From Camelus dromedarius (lineage: Eukaryota), in NCBI RefSeq assembly GCF_036321535.1, contig NC_087436.1, positions 620,001 to 684,000 on the forward strand: 64,000 bases of DNA, given 5' to 3'. Shown here one piece after another: positions 27,401 to 41,800 of the stretch (positions within the stretch are counted from its first letter, which is position 1; the number at the start of each line of letters is the position of its first letter). Position numbers and translations under genes: made by a program. The notes beneath the pieces are model-generated. The model ran no database searches. It saw only the letters and a list, made by a program, of their open reading frames with translations, and was not told the DNA's origin.

Positions 27401-28580
27401 TGTATGGAATGGAGTTTGCAACTGAAAAGAAACTTTGTGTTCCCAACAAGCAAGGTGAAGGACGGCTTTCACACACACTTATCTCTCAGAACTGAGCAAG
27501 TGGAGAGACGTTCGTTCATCTAGCACCAAGGAAACGGGTTGCAGGAGACACTTTTTCTCTGCTTTCCCAGTCTGTTTCCTAGTGCCGGTTTGAAGTTCCT
27601 GCAGTTTTCACTGTCAAACCGAGTTGGAGCTAGTACCTCCCCATATATATGTATGGAATGGAGTTTGCAACTGAAAAGAAACTTTGTGTTCCCAACAAGC
27701 TAGGTGAAGGACGGCTTTCACACACACTTATCTCTCAGAACAGAGCAAGTGGAGAGACGTTCTTTCATGTAGCACCAAGGGAACGGGTTGCAGTAGACAC
27801 TTTTTCTCTGCTTCCTCAGTCTGTTTCCTAGTGCCGGTTTGAAGTTCCTGCAGTTTTCACTGTAAAACCGAGTTGGAGCTTGTACCTCCCCATATATATG
27901 TATGGAATGGAGTTTGCAACTGAAAACAAACTTTGTGTTCCCAACAAGCAAGGTGAAGGACGGCTTTCACACACACTTATCTCTCAGAACTGAGCAAGTG
28001 GAGAGACGTTCGTTCATCTAGCACCAAGGGAACGGGTTGCAGGAGACACTTTTTCTCTGTTTTCTCAGTCTGTTTCCTAGTGCCGGTTTGAAGTTCCTGC
28101 AGTTTTCACTGTGAAACCCAGTTGGAGCTTCTACCTCCCCATATATATGTATGGAATGGAGTTTGCAACTGAAAAGAAACTTTGTGTTCCCAACAAGCAA
28201 GGTGAAGGACGGCTTTCACACACACTTATCTCTCAGAACTGAGCAAGTGGAGAGACGTTCGTTCTTCTAGCACCAAGGGAACGGGTTGCAGGAGACACTT
28301 TTTCTCTGCTTTCTCAGTCTGTTTCCTAGTGCCGGTTTGAAGTTCCTGCAGTTTTCACTGTCAAACCGAGTTGGAGCTAGTACCTCCCCATATATATGTA
28401 AGGAATGGAGTTTGCAACTGAAAAGAAACTTTGTGTTCCCAACAAGCTAGGTGAAGGACGGCTTTCACACACACTTATCTCTCAGAACAGAGCAAGTGGA
28501 GAGACGTTCGTTCATCTAGCACCAAGGGAACGGGTTGCAGGAGACACTTTTTCTCTGCTTTCTCAGTCTGTTTCCTAGTG
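24450..28580. repeat. Tandem duplication of an 8-monomer block (period 1992 bp) containing an internal 3-mer (747 bp) repeat
   Basis: ORF pairs 24800/26792, 25279/27271, 25657/27649 and 26026/28018. Variants GAAGTATTCA, TTCAGGTT, CTCTCATACCGAT, ATGTATATAATG and TATGTAAGG repeat at +1992. Confidence 0.9.
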
Positions 28581-31500
28581 CCGTTTTGAAGTTCCTGCAG
28601 TTTTCACTGTCAAACCGAGTTGGAGCTAGTACCTCCCCATATATATGTATGGAATGGAGTTTGCAACTGAAAAGAAACTGTGTTCCCAACAAGCTAGGTG
28701 AAGGACGGCTTTCACACGCACATATCTCTCAGAACTGAGCAGGTGGAGAGACGTTCGTTCATCTAGCACCAAGGGAACGGGTTGCAGGAGACACTTTTTC
28801 TCTGCTTCCTCAGTCTGTTTCCTAGTGCCGGTTAGAATTTCCTGCAGTTTTCACTGTAAAACCGAGTTGGAGCTTGTACCTCCCCATATATATGTATGGA
28901 ATGGAGTTTGCAACTGAAAAGAAACTTTGTGTTCCCAACAAGCTAGGTGAAGGACGGCTTTCACACGCACATATCTCTCAGAACTGAGCAAGTGGAGAGA
29001 CGTTCGTTCATCTAGCACCAAGGGAACGGGTTGCAGGAGACACTTTTTCTCTTCTTCCTCAGTCTGTTTCCTAGTGCCGGTTTGAAGTTCCTGCAGTTTT
29101 CACTGTCAAACCGAGTTGGAGCTTCTACCTCCCAATATATACGTATGGAATGGTGTTTGCAACTGAAAAGAAACTTTGTGTTCCCAACAAGCTAGGTGAA
29201 GGACGGCTTTCACACGCACTTATCTCTCAGAACTGAGCAAGTGGAGAGACGATCGTTCATCTAGCACCAAGGGAACGGGTTACAGGAGACACTTTTTCTC
29301 TGCTTTCTCAGTCTGTTTCCTAGTGCCGGTTTGAAGTTCCTGCAGTTTTCACTGTAAAACGGTGTTGGAGTTTCTACCTCCCCATATATATGTATGGAAT
29401 GGAGTTTGCAACTGAAAAGAAACTTTGTGTTCCCAACAAGCCAGGTGAAGGACGGCTTTCACACACCCTTATCTCTCAGAACTGAGCAAGTGGAGAGACT
29501 TTCGTTCATCTAGCACCAAGGGAACGGGTTGCAGGAGACAATTTTTCTCTGCTTTCTCAGTCTGTTTCCTAGTGCCGGTTTGAAGTTCCTGCAGTTTTCA
29601 CTGTCAAACGGAGTTGGAGCTAGTACCTCCCCATATATATGTATGGAATGGAGTTTGCAACTGAAAAGAAACTTTGTGTTCCCAACAAGCTAGGTGAAGG
29701 ACGGCTTTCACACACACTTATCTCTCAGAACTGAGCAAGTGGAGAGACGTTCGTTCATCTAGCACCAAGGGAACGGGTTGCAGGAGACACTTTTTCTCTG
29801 CTTCTCAGTCTGTTTCCTAGTGCCGATTTGAAGTTCCTGCAGTTTTCACTGTAAAACCGAGTTGGAGCTAGTACCTCCCCATATATATGTATGGAATGGA
29901 GTTTGCAACTGAAAAGAAACTTTGTGTTCCCAACAAGCTAGGTGAAGAACGGCTTTCACACACACTTATCCCTCAGAACTGAGCAAGTGGAGAGACGTTC
30001 GTTCATCTAGCACCAATGGAATGGGTTGCAGGAGACACTTTTTCTCTGCTTTCTCAGTCTGTTTCCTAGTGCCGGTTTGAAGTTCCTGCAGTTTTCACTG
30101 TCAAACCCAGTTGGAGCTTGTACCTCCCCATATATATGTATGGAATGGAGTTTGCAACTGAAAAGAAACTTTGTGTTCCCAACAAGCTAGGTGAAGGATG
30201 GCTTTCACACACAATTATCTCTCAGAACAGAGCAAGTAGAGAGACGTTCATTCATGTAGCACAAAGGGAACGGGTTGCAGGAGACACTTTTTCTCTGCTT
30301 CTCAGTCTGTTTCCTAGTGCCGGTTTGAAGTTCCTGCAGTTTTCACTGTAAAACCGAGTTGGAGCTAGTACCTCCCCATATATATGTATGGAATGGAGTT
30401 TGCAACTGAAAAGAAACTTTGTGTTCCCAACAAGCTAGGTGAAGAACGGCTTTCACACGCACATATCTCTCAGAACTGAGCAAGTGGAGAGACGTTCGTT
30501 CATCTAGCACCAAGGGAACGGGTTGCAGGAGACACTTTTTCTCTGCTTTCTCAGTCTGTTTCCTAGTGCCGGTTTGAAGTTCCTGCAGTTTTCACTGTCA
30601 AACCGAGTTGGAGCTAGTACCTCCCCATATATATGTATGGAATGGAGTTTGCAACTGAAAAGAAACTTTGTGTTCCCAACAAGCTAGGTGAAGGACGGCT
30701 TTCACACACACTTATCTCTCAGAACTGAGCAAGTGGAGAGACGTTCGTTCATCTAGCACCAGGGAACGGGTTGCAGGAGACACTTTTTCTCTGCTTCCTC
30801 AGTCTGTTTCCTAGTGCCGGTTTGAAGTTCCTGCAGTTTTCACTGTAAAACCGAGTTGGAGCTTGTACCTCCCCATATATATGTATGGAATGGAGTTTGC
30901 AACTGAAAAGAAACTTTGTGTTCCCAACAAGCTAGGTGAAGGACGGCTTTCACACACACTTATCTCTCAGAACTGAGCAAGTGGAGAGACGTTCGTTCAT
31001 CTAGCACCAAGGGAACGGGTTGCAGGGGACACTTTTTATCTGCTTTCTCAGTCTGTTTCCTAGTGCCGGTTTGAAGTTCCTGCAGTTTTCACTGTAAAAC
31101 CGAGTTGGAGCTTCTACCTCCCCATATATATATATGGAATGGAGTTTGCAACTGAAAAGAAACTTTGTGTTCCCAACAAGCTAGGAGAATTACGGCTTTC
31201 ACACACACTTATCTCTCAGAACAGAGCAAGTGGAGAGACGTTCGTTCATCTAGCACCAAGGGAACGGGTTGCAGGAGACACTTTTTCTCTGCTTTATCAG
31301 TCTGTTTCCTAGTGCCGGTTTGAAGTTCCTGCAGTTTTCACTGTCAACCCGAGTTGGAGCTAATACCTCCCCATATATATGTATGGAATGGAATTTGCAA
31401 CTGAAAAGAAACTTTGTGTTCCCAACAAGCTAGGTGAAGGACGGCTTTCACACACAATTATCTCTCAGAACTGAGCAAGTGGAGAGACGTTCGTTCATCT

Positions 31501-34500
31501 AGCACCAAGGGAACGGGTTGCAGGAGACACTTTTCTCTGCTTCCTCAGTCTGTTTCCTAGTGCCGGTTTGAAGTTCCTGCAGTTTTCACTGTAAAACCGA
31601 GTTGGAGCTTCTACCTCCTCATATATATGTATGGAATGGAGTTTGCAACTGAAAAGAAACTTTGTGTTCCCAAAAAGCAAGGTGAAGGACTGCTTTCACA
31701 CACACTTATCTCTCAGAACTGAGCAAGTGGAGAGACGTTCGTTCATCTAGAACCAAGGGAACGGGTTGCAGGAGACACTTATTCTCTGCTTTCTCAGTTT
31801 GTTTCCTAGTGCCGGTTTGAAGTTCCTGCAGTTTTCACTGTAAAACCGAGTTGGAGCTTGTACCTCCCCATATATATGTATGGAATGGAGTTTGCAACTG
31901 AAAAGAAACTTTGTGTTCCCAACAAGCTAGGTGAAGGACGGCTTTCACACACACTTATCTCTCAGAACTGAGCAAGTGGAGAGACGTTCGTTCATCTAGC
32001 ACCAAGGGAACGGGTTGCAGGAGACACTTTTTCTCTGCTTCTCAGTCTGTTTCCTAGTGCCGGTTTGAAGTTCCTGCAGTTTTCACTGTAAAACCGAGTT
32101 GGAGCTAGTACCTCCCCATATATATGTATGGAATGGAGTTTGCAACTGAAAAGAAACTTTGTGTTCCCAACAAGCTAGGTGAAGGACGGCTTTCACACAC
32201 ACTTATCTCTCAGAACTGAGCAAGTGGAGAGACGTTCGTTCATCTAGCACCAAGCGAACGGGTTGCAGGAGACACTTTTTCTCTGCTTTCTCAGTCTGTT
32301 ACCTAGTGCCGGTTTGAAGTTCCTGCAGTTTTCACTGTCAAACCGAGTTGGAGCTAGTACCTCCCCATATATATGTATGGAATGGAGTTTGCAACTGAAA
32401 AGAAACTTTGTGTTCCCAACAAGCTAGGTGAAGGACGGCTTTCACACACACTTATCTCTCAGAACTGAGCAAGTGGAGAGACGTTCGTTCATCTAGCACC
32501 AGGGAACGGGTTGCAGGAGACACTTTTTCTCTGCTTCCTCAGTCTGTTTCCTAGTGCCGGTTTGAAGTTCCTGCAGTTTTCACTGTAAAACCGAGTTGGA
32601 GCTTGTACCTCCCCATATATATGTATGGAATGGAGTTTGCAACTGAAAAGAAACTTTGTGTTCCCAACAAGCTAGGTGAAGGACGGCTTTCACACACACT
32701 TATCTCTCAGAACTGAGCAAGTGGAGAGACGTTCGTTCATCTAGCACCAAGGGAACGGGTTGCAGGGGACACTTTTTATCTGCTTTCTCAGTCTGTTTCC
32801 TAGTGCCGGTTTGAAGTTCCTGCAGTTTTCACTGTAAAACCGAGTTGGAGCTTCTACCTCCCCATATATATATATGTAATGGAGTTTGCAACTGAAAAGA
32901 AACTTTGTGTTCCCAACAAGCTAGGAGAAGGACGGCTTTCACACACACTTATCTCTCAGAACAGAGCAAGTGGAGAGACGTTCTTTCATGTAGCACCAAG
33001 GGAACGGGTTGCAGTAGACACTTTTTCTCTGCTTCCTCAGTCTGTTTCCTAGTGCCGGTTTGAAGTTCCTGCAGTTTTCACTGTAAAACCGAGTTGGAGC
33101 TTGTACCTCCCCATATATATGTATGGAATGGAGTTTGCAACTGAAAAGAAACTTTGTGTTCCCAACAAGCAAGGTGAAGGACGGCTTTCACACACACTTA
33201 TCTCTCAGAACTGAGCAAGTGGAGAGACGTTCGTTCATCTAGCACCAAGGGAACGGGTTGCAGGAGACACTTTTTCTCTGTTTTCTCAGTCTGTTTCCTA
33301 GTGCCGGTTTGAAGTTCCTGCAGTTTTCACTGTGAAACCCAGTTGGAGCTTCTACCTCCCCATATATATGTATGGAATGGAGTTTGCAACTGAAAAGAAA
33401 CTTTGTGTTCCCAACAAGCAAGGTGAAGGACGGCTTTCACACACACTTATCTCTCAGAACTGAGCAAGTGGAGAGACGTTCGTTCATCTAGCACCAAGGA
33501 AACGGGTTGCAGGAGACACTTTTTCTCTGCTTTCCCAGTCTGTTTCCTAGTGCCGGTTTGAAGTTCCTGCAGTTTTCACTGTCAAACCGAGTTGGAGCTA
33601 GTACCTCCCCATATATATGTATGGAATGGAGTTTGCAACTGAAAAGAAACTTTGTGTTCCCAACAAGCTAGGTGAAGGACGGCTTTCACACACACTTATC
33701 TCTCAGAACAGAGCAAGTGGAGAGACGTTCTTTCATGTAGCACCAAGGGAACGGGTTGCAGTAGACACTTTTTCTCTGCTTCCTCAGTCTGTTTCCTAGT
33801 GCCGGTTTGAAGTTCCTGCAGTTTTCACTGTAAAACCGAGTTGGAGCTTGTACCTCCCCATATATATGTATGGAATGGAGTTTGCAACTGAAAACAAACT
33901 TTGTGTTCCCAACAAGCAAGGTGAAGGACGGCTTTCACACACACTTATCTCTCAGAACTGAGCAAGTGGAGAGACGTTCGTTCATCTAGCACCAAGGGAA
34001 CGGGTTGCAGGAGACACTTTTTCTCTGTTTTCTCAGTCTGTTTCCTAGTGCCGGTTTGAAGTTCCTGCAGTTTTCACTGTGAAACCCAGTTGGAGCTTCT
34101 ACCTCCCCATATATATGTATGGAATGGAGTTTGCAACTGAAAAGAAACTTTGTGTTCCCAACAAGCAAGGTGAAGGACGGCTTTCACACACACTTATCTC
34201 TCAGAACTGAGCAAGTGGAGAGACGTTCGTTCTTCTAGCACCAAGGGAACGGGTTGCAGGAGACACTTTTTCTCTGCTTTCTCAGTCTGTTTCCTAGTGC
34301 CGGTTTGAAGTTCCTGCAGTTTTCACTGTCAAACCGAGTTGGAGCTAGTACCTCCCCATATATATGTAAGGAATGGAGTTTGCAACTGAAAAGAAACTTT
34401 GTGTTCCCAACAAGCTAGGTGAAGGACGGCTTTCACACACACTTATCTCTCAGAACAGAGCAAGTGGAGAGACGTTCGTTCATCTAGCACCAAGGGAACG

Positions 34501-37500
34501 GGTTGCAGGAGACACTTTTTCTCTGCTTTCTCAGTCTGTTTCCTAGTGCCGTTTTGAAGTTCCTGCAGTTTTCACTGTCAAACCGAGTTGGAGCTAGTAC
34601 CTCCCCATATATATGTATGGAATGGAGTTTGCAACTGAAAAGAAACTGTGTTCCCAACAAGCTAGGTGAAGGACGGCTTTCACACGCACATATCTCTCAG
34701 AACTGAGCAGGTGGAGAGACGTTCGTTCATCTAGCACCAAGGGAACGGGTTGCAGGAGACACTTTTTCTCTGCTTCCTCAGTCTGTTTCCTAGTGCCGGT
34801 TAGAATTTCCTGCAGTTTTCACTGTAAAACCGAGTTGGAGCTTGTACCTCCCCATATATATGTATGGAATGGAGTTTGCAACTGAAAAGAAACTTTGTGT
34901 TCCCAACAAGCTAGGTGAAGGACGGCTTTCACACGCACATATCTCTCAGAACTGAGCAAGTGGAGAGACGTTCGTTCATCTAGCACCAAGGGAACGGGTT
35001 GCAGGAGACACTTTTTCTCTTCTTCCTCAGTCTGTTTCCTAGTGCCGGTTTGAAGTTCCTGCAGTTTTCACTGTCAAACCGAGTTGGAGCTTCTACCTCC
35101 CAATATATACGTATGGAATGGTGTTTGCAACTGAAAAGAAACTTTGTGTTCCCAACAAGCTAGGTGAAGGACGGCTTTCACACGCACTTATCTCTCAGAA
35201 CTGAGCAAGTGGAGAGACGATCGTTCATCTAGCACCAAGGGAACGGGTTACAGGAGACACTTTTTCTCTGCTTTCTCAGTCTGTTTCCTAGTGCCGGTTT
35301 GAAGTTCCTGCAGTTTTCACTGTAAAACGGTGTTGGAGTTTCTACCTCCCCATATATATGTATGGAATGGAGTTTGCAACTGAAAAGAAACTTTGTGTTC
35401 CCAACAAGCCAGGTGAAGGACGGCTTTCACACACCCTTATCTCTCAGAACTGAGCAAGTGGAGAGACTTTCGTTCATCTAGCACCAAGGGAACGGGTTGC
35501 AGGAGACAATTTTTCTCTGCTTTCTCAGTCTGTTTCCTAGTGCCGGTTTGAAGTTCCTGCAGTTTTCACTGTCAAACGGAGTTGGAGCTAGTACCTCCCC
35601 ATATATATGTATGGAATGGAGTTTGCAACTGAAAAGAAACTTTGTGTTCCCAACAAGCTAGGTGAAGGACGGCTTTCACACACACTTATCTCTCAGAACT
35701 GAGCAAGTGGAGAGACGTTCGTTCATCTAGCACCAAGGGAACGGGTTGCAGGAGACACTTTTTCTCTGCTTCTCAGTCTGTTTCCTAGTGCCGATTTGAA
35801 GTTCCTGCAGTTTTCACTGTAAAACCGAGTTGGAGCTAGTACCTCCCCATATATATGTATGGAATGGAGTTTGCAACTGAAAAGAAACTTTGTGTTCCCA
35901 ACAAGCTAGGTGAAGAACGGCTTTCACACACACTTATCCCTCAGAACTGAGCAAGTGGAGAGACGTTCGTTCATCTAGCACCAATGGAATGGGTTGCAGG
36001 AGACACTTTTTCTCTGCTTTCTCAGTCTGTTTCCTAGTGCCGGTTTGAAGTTCCTGCAGTTTTCACTGTCAAACCCAGTTGGAGCTTGTACCTCCCCATA
36101 TATATGTATGGAATGGAGTTTGCAACTGAAAAGAAACTTTGTGTTCCCAACAAGCTAGGTGAAGGATGGCTTTCACACACAATTATCTCTCAGAACAGAG
36201 CAAGTAGAGAGACGTTCATTCATGTAGCACAAAGGGAACGGGTTGCAGGAGACACTTTTTCTCTGCTTCTCAGTCTGTTTCCTAGTGCCGGTTTGAAGTT
36301 CCTGCAGTTTTCACTGTAAAACCGAGTTGGAGCTAGTACCTCCCCATATATATGTATGGAATGGAGTTTGCAACTGAAAAGAAACTTTGTGTTCCCAACA
36401 AGCTAGGTGAAGAACGGCTTTCACACGCACATATCTCTCAGAACTGAGCAAGTGGAGAGACGTTCGTTCATCTAGCACCAAGGGAACGGGTTGCAGGAGA
36501 CACTTTTTCTCTGCTTTCTCAGTCTGTTTCCTAGTGCCGGTTTGAAGTTCCTGCAGTTTTCACTGTCAAACCGAGTTGGAGCTAGTACCTCCCCATATAT
36601 ATGTATGGAATGGAGTTTGCAACTGAAAAGAAACTTTGTGTTCCCAACAAGCTAGGTGAAGGACGGCTTTCACACACACTTATCTCTCAGAACTGAGCAA
36701 GTGGAGAGACGTTCGTTCATCTAGCACCAGGGAACGGGTTGCAGGAGACACTTTTTCTCTGCTTCCTCAGTCTGTTTCCTAGTGCCGGTTTGAAGTTCCT
36801 GCAGTTTTCACTGTAAAACCGAGTTGGAGCTTGTACCTCCCCATATATATGTATGGAATGGAGTTTGCAACTGAAAAGAAACTTTGTGTTCCCAACAAGC
36901 TAGGTGAAGGACGGCTTTCACACACACTTATCTCTCAGAACTGAGCAAGTGGAGAGACGTTCGTTCATCTAGCACCAAGGGAACGGGTTGCAGGGGACAC
37001 TTTTTATCTGCTTTCTCAGTCTGTTTCCTAGTGCCGGTTTGAAGTTCCTGCAGTTTTCACTGTAAAACCGAGTTGGAGCTTCTACCTCCCCATATATATA
37101 TATGGAATGGAGTTTGCAACTGAAAAGAAACTTTGTGTTCCCAACAAGCTAGGAGAATTACGGCTTTCACACACACTTATCTCTCAGAACAGAGCAAGTG
37201 GAGAGACGTTCGTTCATCTAGCACCAAGGGAACGGGTTGCAGGAGACACTTTTTCTCTGCTTTATCAGTCTGTTTCCTAGTGCCGGTTTGAAGTTCCTGC
37301 AGTTTTCACTGTCAACCCGAGTTGGAGCTAATACCTCCCCATATATATGTATGGAATGGAATTTGCAACTGAAAAGAAACTTTGTGTTCCCAACAAGCTA
37401 GGTGAAGGACGGCTTTCACACACAATTATCTCTCAGAACTGAGCAAGTGGAGAGACGTTCGTTCATCTAGCACCAAGGGAACGGGTTGCAGGAGACACTT

Positions 37501-38897
37501 TTCTCTGCTTCCTCAGTCTGTTTCCTAGTGCCGGTTTGAAGTTCCTGCAGTTTTCACTGTAAAACCGAGTTGGAGCTTCTACCTCCTCATATATATGTAT
37601 GGAATGGAGTTTGCAACTGAAAAGAAACTTTGTGTTCCCAAAAAGCAAGGTGAAGGACTGCTTTCACACACACTTATCTCTCAGAACTGAGCAAGTGGAG
37701 AGACGTTCGTTCATCTAGAACCAAGGGAACGGGTTGCAGGAGACACTTATTCTCTGCTTTCTCAGTTTGTTTCCTAGTGCCGGTTTGAAGTTCCTGCAGT
37801 TTTCACTGTAAAACCGAGTTGGAGCTTGTACCTCCCCATATATATGTATGGAATGGAGTTTGCAACTGAAAAGAAACTTTGTGTTCCCAACAAGCTAGGT
37901 GAAGGACGGCTTTCACACACACTTATCTCTCAGAACTGAGCAAGTGGAGAGACGTTCGTTCATCTAGCACCAAGGGAACGGGTTGCAGGAGACACTTTTT
38001 CTCTGCTTCTCAGTCTGTTTCCTAGTGCCGGTTTGAAGTTCCTGCAGTTTTCACTGTAAAACCGAGTTGGAGCTAGTACCTCCCCATATATATGTATGGA
38101 ATGGAGTTTGCAACTGAAAAGAAACTTTGTGTTCCCAACAAGCTAGGTGAAGGACGGCTTTCACACACACTTATCTCTCAGAACTGAGCAAGTGGAGAGA
38201 CGTTCGTTCATCTAGCACCAAGCGAACGGGTTGCAGGAGACACTTTTTCTCTGCTTTCTCAGTCTGTTACCTAGTGCCGGTTTGAAGTTCCTGCAGTTTT
38301 CACTGTCAAACCGAGTTGGAGCTAGTACCTCCCCATATATATGTATGGAATGGAGTTTGCAACTGAAAAGAAACTTTGTGTTCCCAACAAGCTAGGTGAA
38401 GGACGGCTTTCACACACACTTATCTCTCAGAACTGAGCAAGTGGAGAGACGTTCGTTCATCTAGCACCAGGGAACGGGTTGCAGGAGACACTTTTTCTCT
38501 GCTTCCTCAGTCTGTTTCCTAGTGCCGGTTTGAAGTTCCTGCAGTTTTCACTGTAAAACCGAGTTGGAGCTTGTACCTCCCCATATATATGTATGGAATG
38601 GAGTTTGCAACTGAAAAGAAACTTTGTGTTCCCAACAAGCTAGGTGAAGGACGGCTTTCACACACACTTATCTCTCAGAACTGAGCAAGTGGAGAGACGT
38701 TCGTTCATCTAGCACCAAGGGAACGGGTTGCAGGGGACACTTTTTATCTGCTTTCTCAGTCTGTTTCCTAGTGCCGGTTTGAAGTTCCTGCAGTTTTCAC
38801 TGTAAAACCGAGTTGGAGCTTCTACCTCCCCATATATATATATGTAATGGAGTTTGCAACTGAAAAGAAACTTTGTGTTCCCAACAAGCTAGGAGAA
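27205..38897. repeat. Tandem duplication of a 24-monomer block (period 5968 bp)
   Basis: ORF pairs 27271/33239, 28535/34503, 30118/36086 and 31495/37463. Rare variants CCAATGGAATGGG (~30012/35980) and TATGTAATGG (32873/38841) lie at +5968. The match breaks at about 32930/38898. Confidence 0.92.
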
Positions 38898-41800
38898 TTA
38901 CGGCTTTCACACACACTTATCTCTCAGAACAGAGCAAGTGGAGAGACGTTCGTTCATCTAGCACCAAGGGAACGGGTTGCAGGAGACACTTTTTCTCTGC
39001 TTTATCAGTCTGTTTCCTAGTGCCGGTTTGAAGTTCCTGCAGTTTTCACTGTCAAACCGAGTTGGAGCTAATACCTCCCCATATATATGTATGGAATGGA
39101 ATTTGCAACTGAAAAGAAACTTTGTGTTCCCAACAAGCTAGGTGAAGGACGGCTTTCACACACACTTATCTCTCAGAACTGAGCAAGTGGAGAGACGTTC
39201 GTTCATCTAGCACCAAGGGAACGGGTTGCAGGAGACACTTTTTCTCTGCTTCCTCAGTCTGTTTCCTAGTGCCGGTTTGAAGTTCCTGCAGTTTTCACTG
39301 TAAAACCGAGTTGGAGCTTCTACCTCCTCATATATATGTATGGAATGGAGTTTGCAACTGAAAAGAAACTTTGTGTTCCCAAAAAGCAAGGTGAAGGACT
39401 GCTTTCACACACACTTATCTCTCAGAACTGAGCAAGTGGAGAGACGTTCGTTCATCTAGAACCAAGGGAACGGGTTGCAGGAGACACTTATTCTCTGCTT
39501 TCTCAGTTTGTTTCCTAGTGCCGGTTTGAAGTTCCTGCAGTTTTCACTGTAAAACCGAGTTGGAGCTTGTACCTCCCCATATATATGTATGGAATGGAGT
39601 TTGCAACTGAAAAGAAACTTTGTGTTCCCAACAAGCTAGGTGAAGGACGGCTTTCACACACACTTATCTCTCAGAACTGAGCAAGTGGAGAGACGTTCGT
39701 TCATCTAGCACCAAGGGAACGGGTTGCAGGAGACACTTTTTCTCTGCTTCTCAGTCTGTTTCCTAGTGCCGGTTTGAAGTTCCTGCAGTTTTCACTGTAA
39801 AACCGAGTTGGAGCTAGTACCTCCCCATATATATGTATGGAATGGAGTTTGCAACTGAAAAGAAACTTTGTGTTCCCAAGAAGCTAGGTGAAGAACGGCT
39901 TTCACACACAATTATCCCTCAGAACTGAGCAAGTGGAGAGACGTTCGTTCATCTAGCACCAAGGGAACGGGTTGCAGGAGACACTTTTCCTCTGCTTTCT
40001 CAGTCTGTTTCCTAGTGCCGGTTTGAAGTTCCTGCAGTTTTAACTGTCAAACCCAGTTGGAGCTTGTACCTCCCCATATATATGTATGGAATGGAGTTTG
40101 CAACTGAAAAGAAACTTTGTGTTCCCAACAAGCTAGGTGAAGGATGGCTTTCACACACAATTATCTCTCAGAACAGAGCAAGTAGAGAGACGTTCGTTCA
40201 TCTAGCACCAAGCGAACGGGTTGCAGGAGACACTTTTTCTCTGCTTTCTCAGTCTGTTACCTAGTGCCGGTTTGAAGTTCCTGCAGTTTTCACTGTCAAA
40301 CCGAGTTGGAGCTAGTACCTCCCCATATATATGTATGGAATGGAGTTTGCAACTGAAAAGAAACTTTGTGTTCCCAACAAGCTAGGTGAAGGACGGCTTT
40401 CACACACACTTATCTCTCAGAACTGAGCAAGTGGAGAGACGTTCGTTCATCTAGCACCAGGGAACGGGTTGCAGGAGACACTTTTTCTCTGCTTCCTCAG
40501 TCTGTTTCCTAGTGCCGGTTTGAAGTTCCTGCAGTTTTCACTGTAAAACCGAGTTGGAGCTTGTACCTCCCCATATATATGTATGGAATGGAGTTTGCAA
40601 CTGAAAAGAAACTTTGTGTTCCCAACAAGCTAGGTGAAGGACGGCTTTCACACACACTTATCTCTCAGAACTGAGCAAGTGGAGAGACGTTCGTTCATCT
40701 AGCACCAAGGGAACGGGTTGCAGGGGACACTTTTTATCTGCTTTCTCAGTCTGTTTCCTAGTGCCGGTTTGAAGTTCCTGCAGTTTTCACTGTAAAACCG
40801 AGTTGGAGCTTCTACCTCCCCATATATATATATGGAATGGAGTTTGCAACTGAAAAGAAACTTTGTGTTCCAAACAAGCTAGGAGAATTACGGCTTTCAC
40901 ACACACTTATCTCTCAGAACAGAGCAAGTGGAGAGACGTTCGTTCATCTAGCACCAAGGGAACGGGTTGCAGGAGACACTTTTTCTCTGCTTTATCAGTC
41001 TGTTTCCTAGTGCCGGTTTGAAGTTCCTGCAGTTTTCACTGTCAAACCGAGTTGGAGCTAATACCTCCCCATATATATGTATGGAATGGAATTTGCAACT
41101 GAAAAGAAACTTTGTGTTCCCAACAAGCTAGGTGAAGGACGGCTTTCACACACAATTATCTCTCAGAACTGAGCAAGTGGAGAGACGTTCGTTCATCTAG
41201 CACCAAGGGAACGGGTTGCAGGAGACACTTTTCTCTGCTTCCTCAGTCTGTTTCCTAGTGCCGGTTTGAAGTTCCTGCAGTTTTCACTGTAAAACCGAGT
41301 TGGAGCTTCTACCTCCTCATATATATGTATGGAATGGAGTTTGCAACTGAAAAGAAACTTTGTGTTCCCAAAAAGCAAGGTGAAGGACTGCTTTCACACA
41401 CACTTATCTCTCAGAACTGAGCAAGTGGAGAGACGTTCGTTCATCTAGAACCAAGGGAACGGGTTGCAGGAGACACTTATTCTCTGCTTTCTCAGTTTGT
41501 TTCCTAGTGCCGGTTTGAAGTTCCTGCAGTTTTCACTGTAAAACCGAGTTGGAGCTTGTACCTCCCCATATATATGTATGGAATGGAGTTTGCAACTGAA
41601 AAGAAACTTTGTGTTCCCAACAAGCTAGGTGAAGGACGGCTTTCACACACACTTATCTCTCAGAACTGAGCAAGTGGAGAGACGTTCGTTCATCTAGAAC
41701 CAAGGGAACGGGTTGCAGGAGACACTTATTCTCTGCTTTCTCAGTCTGTTTCCTAGTGCCGGTTTGAAGTTCCTGCAGTTTTCACTGTCAAACCGAGTTG

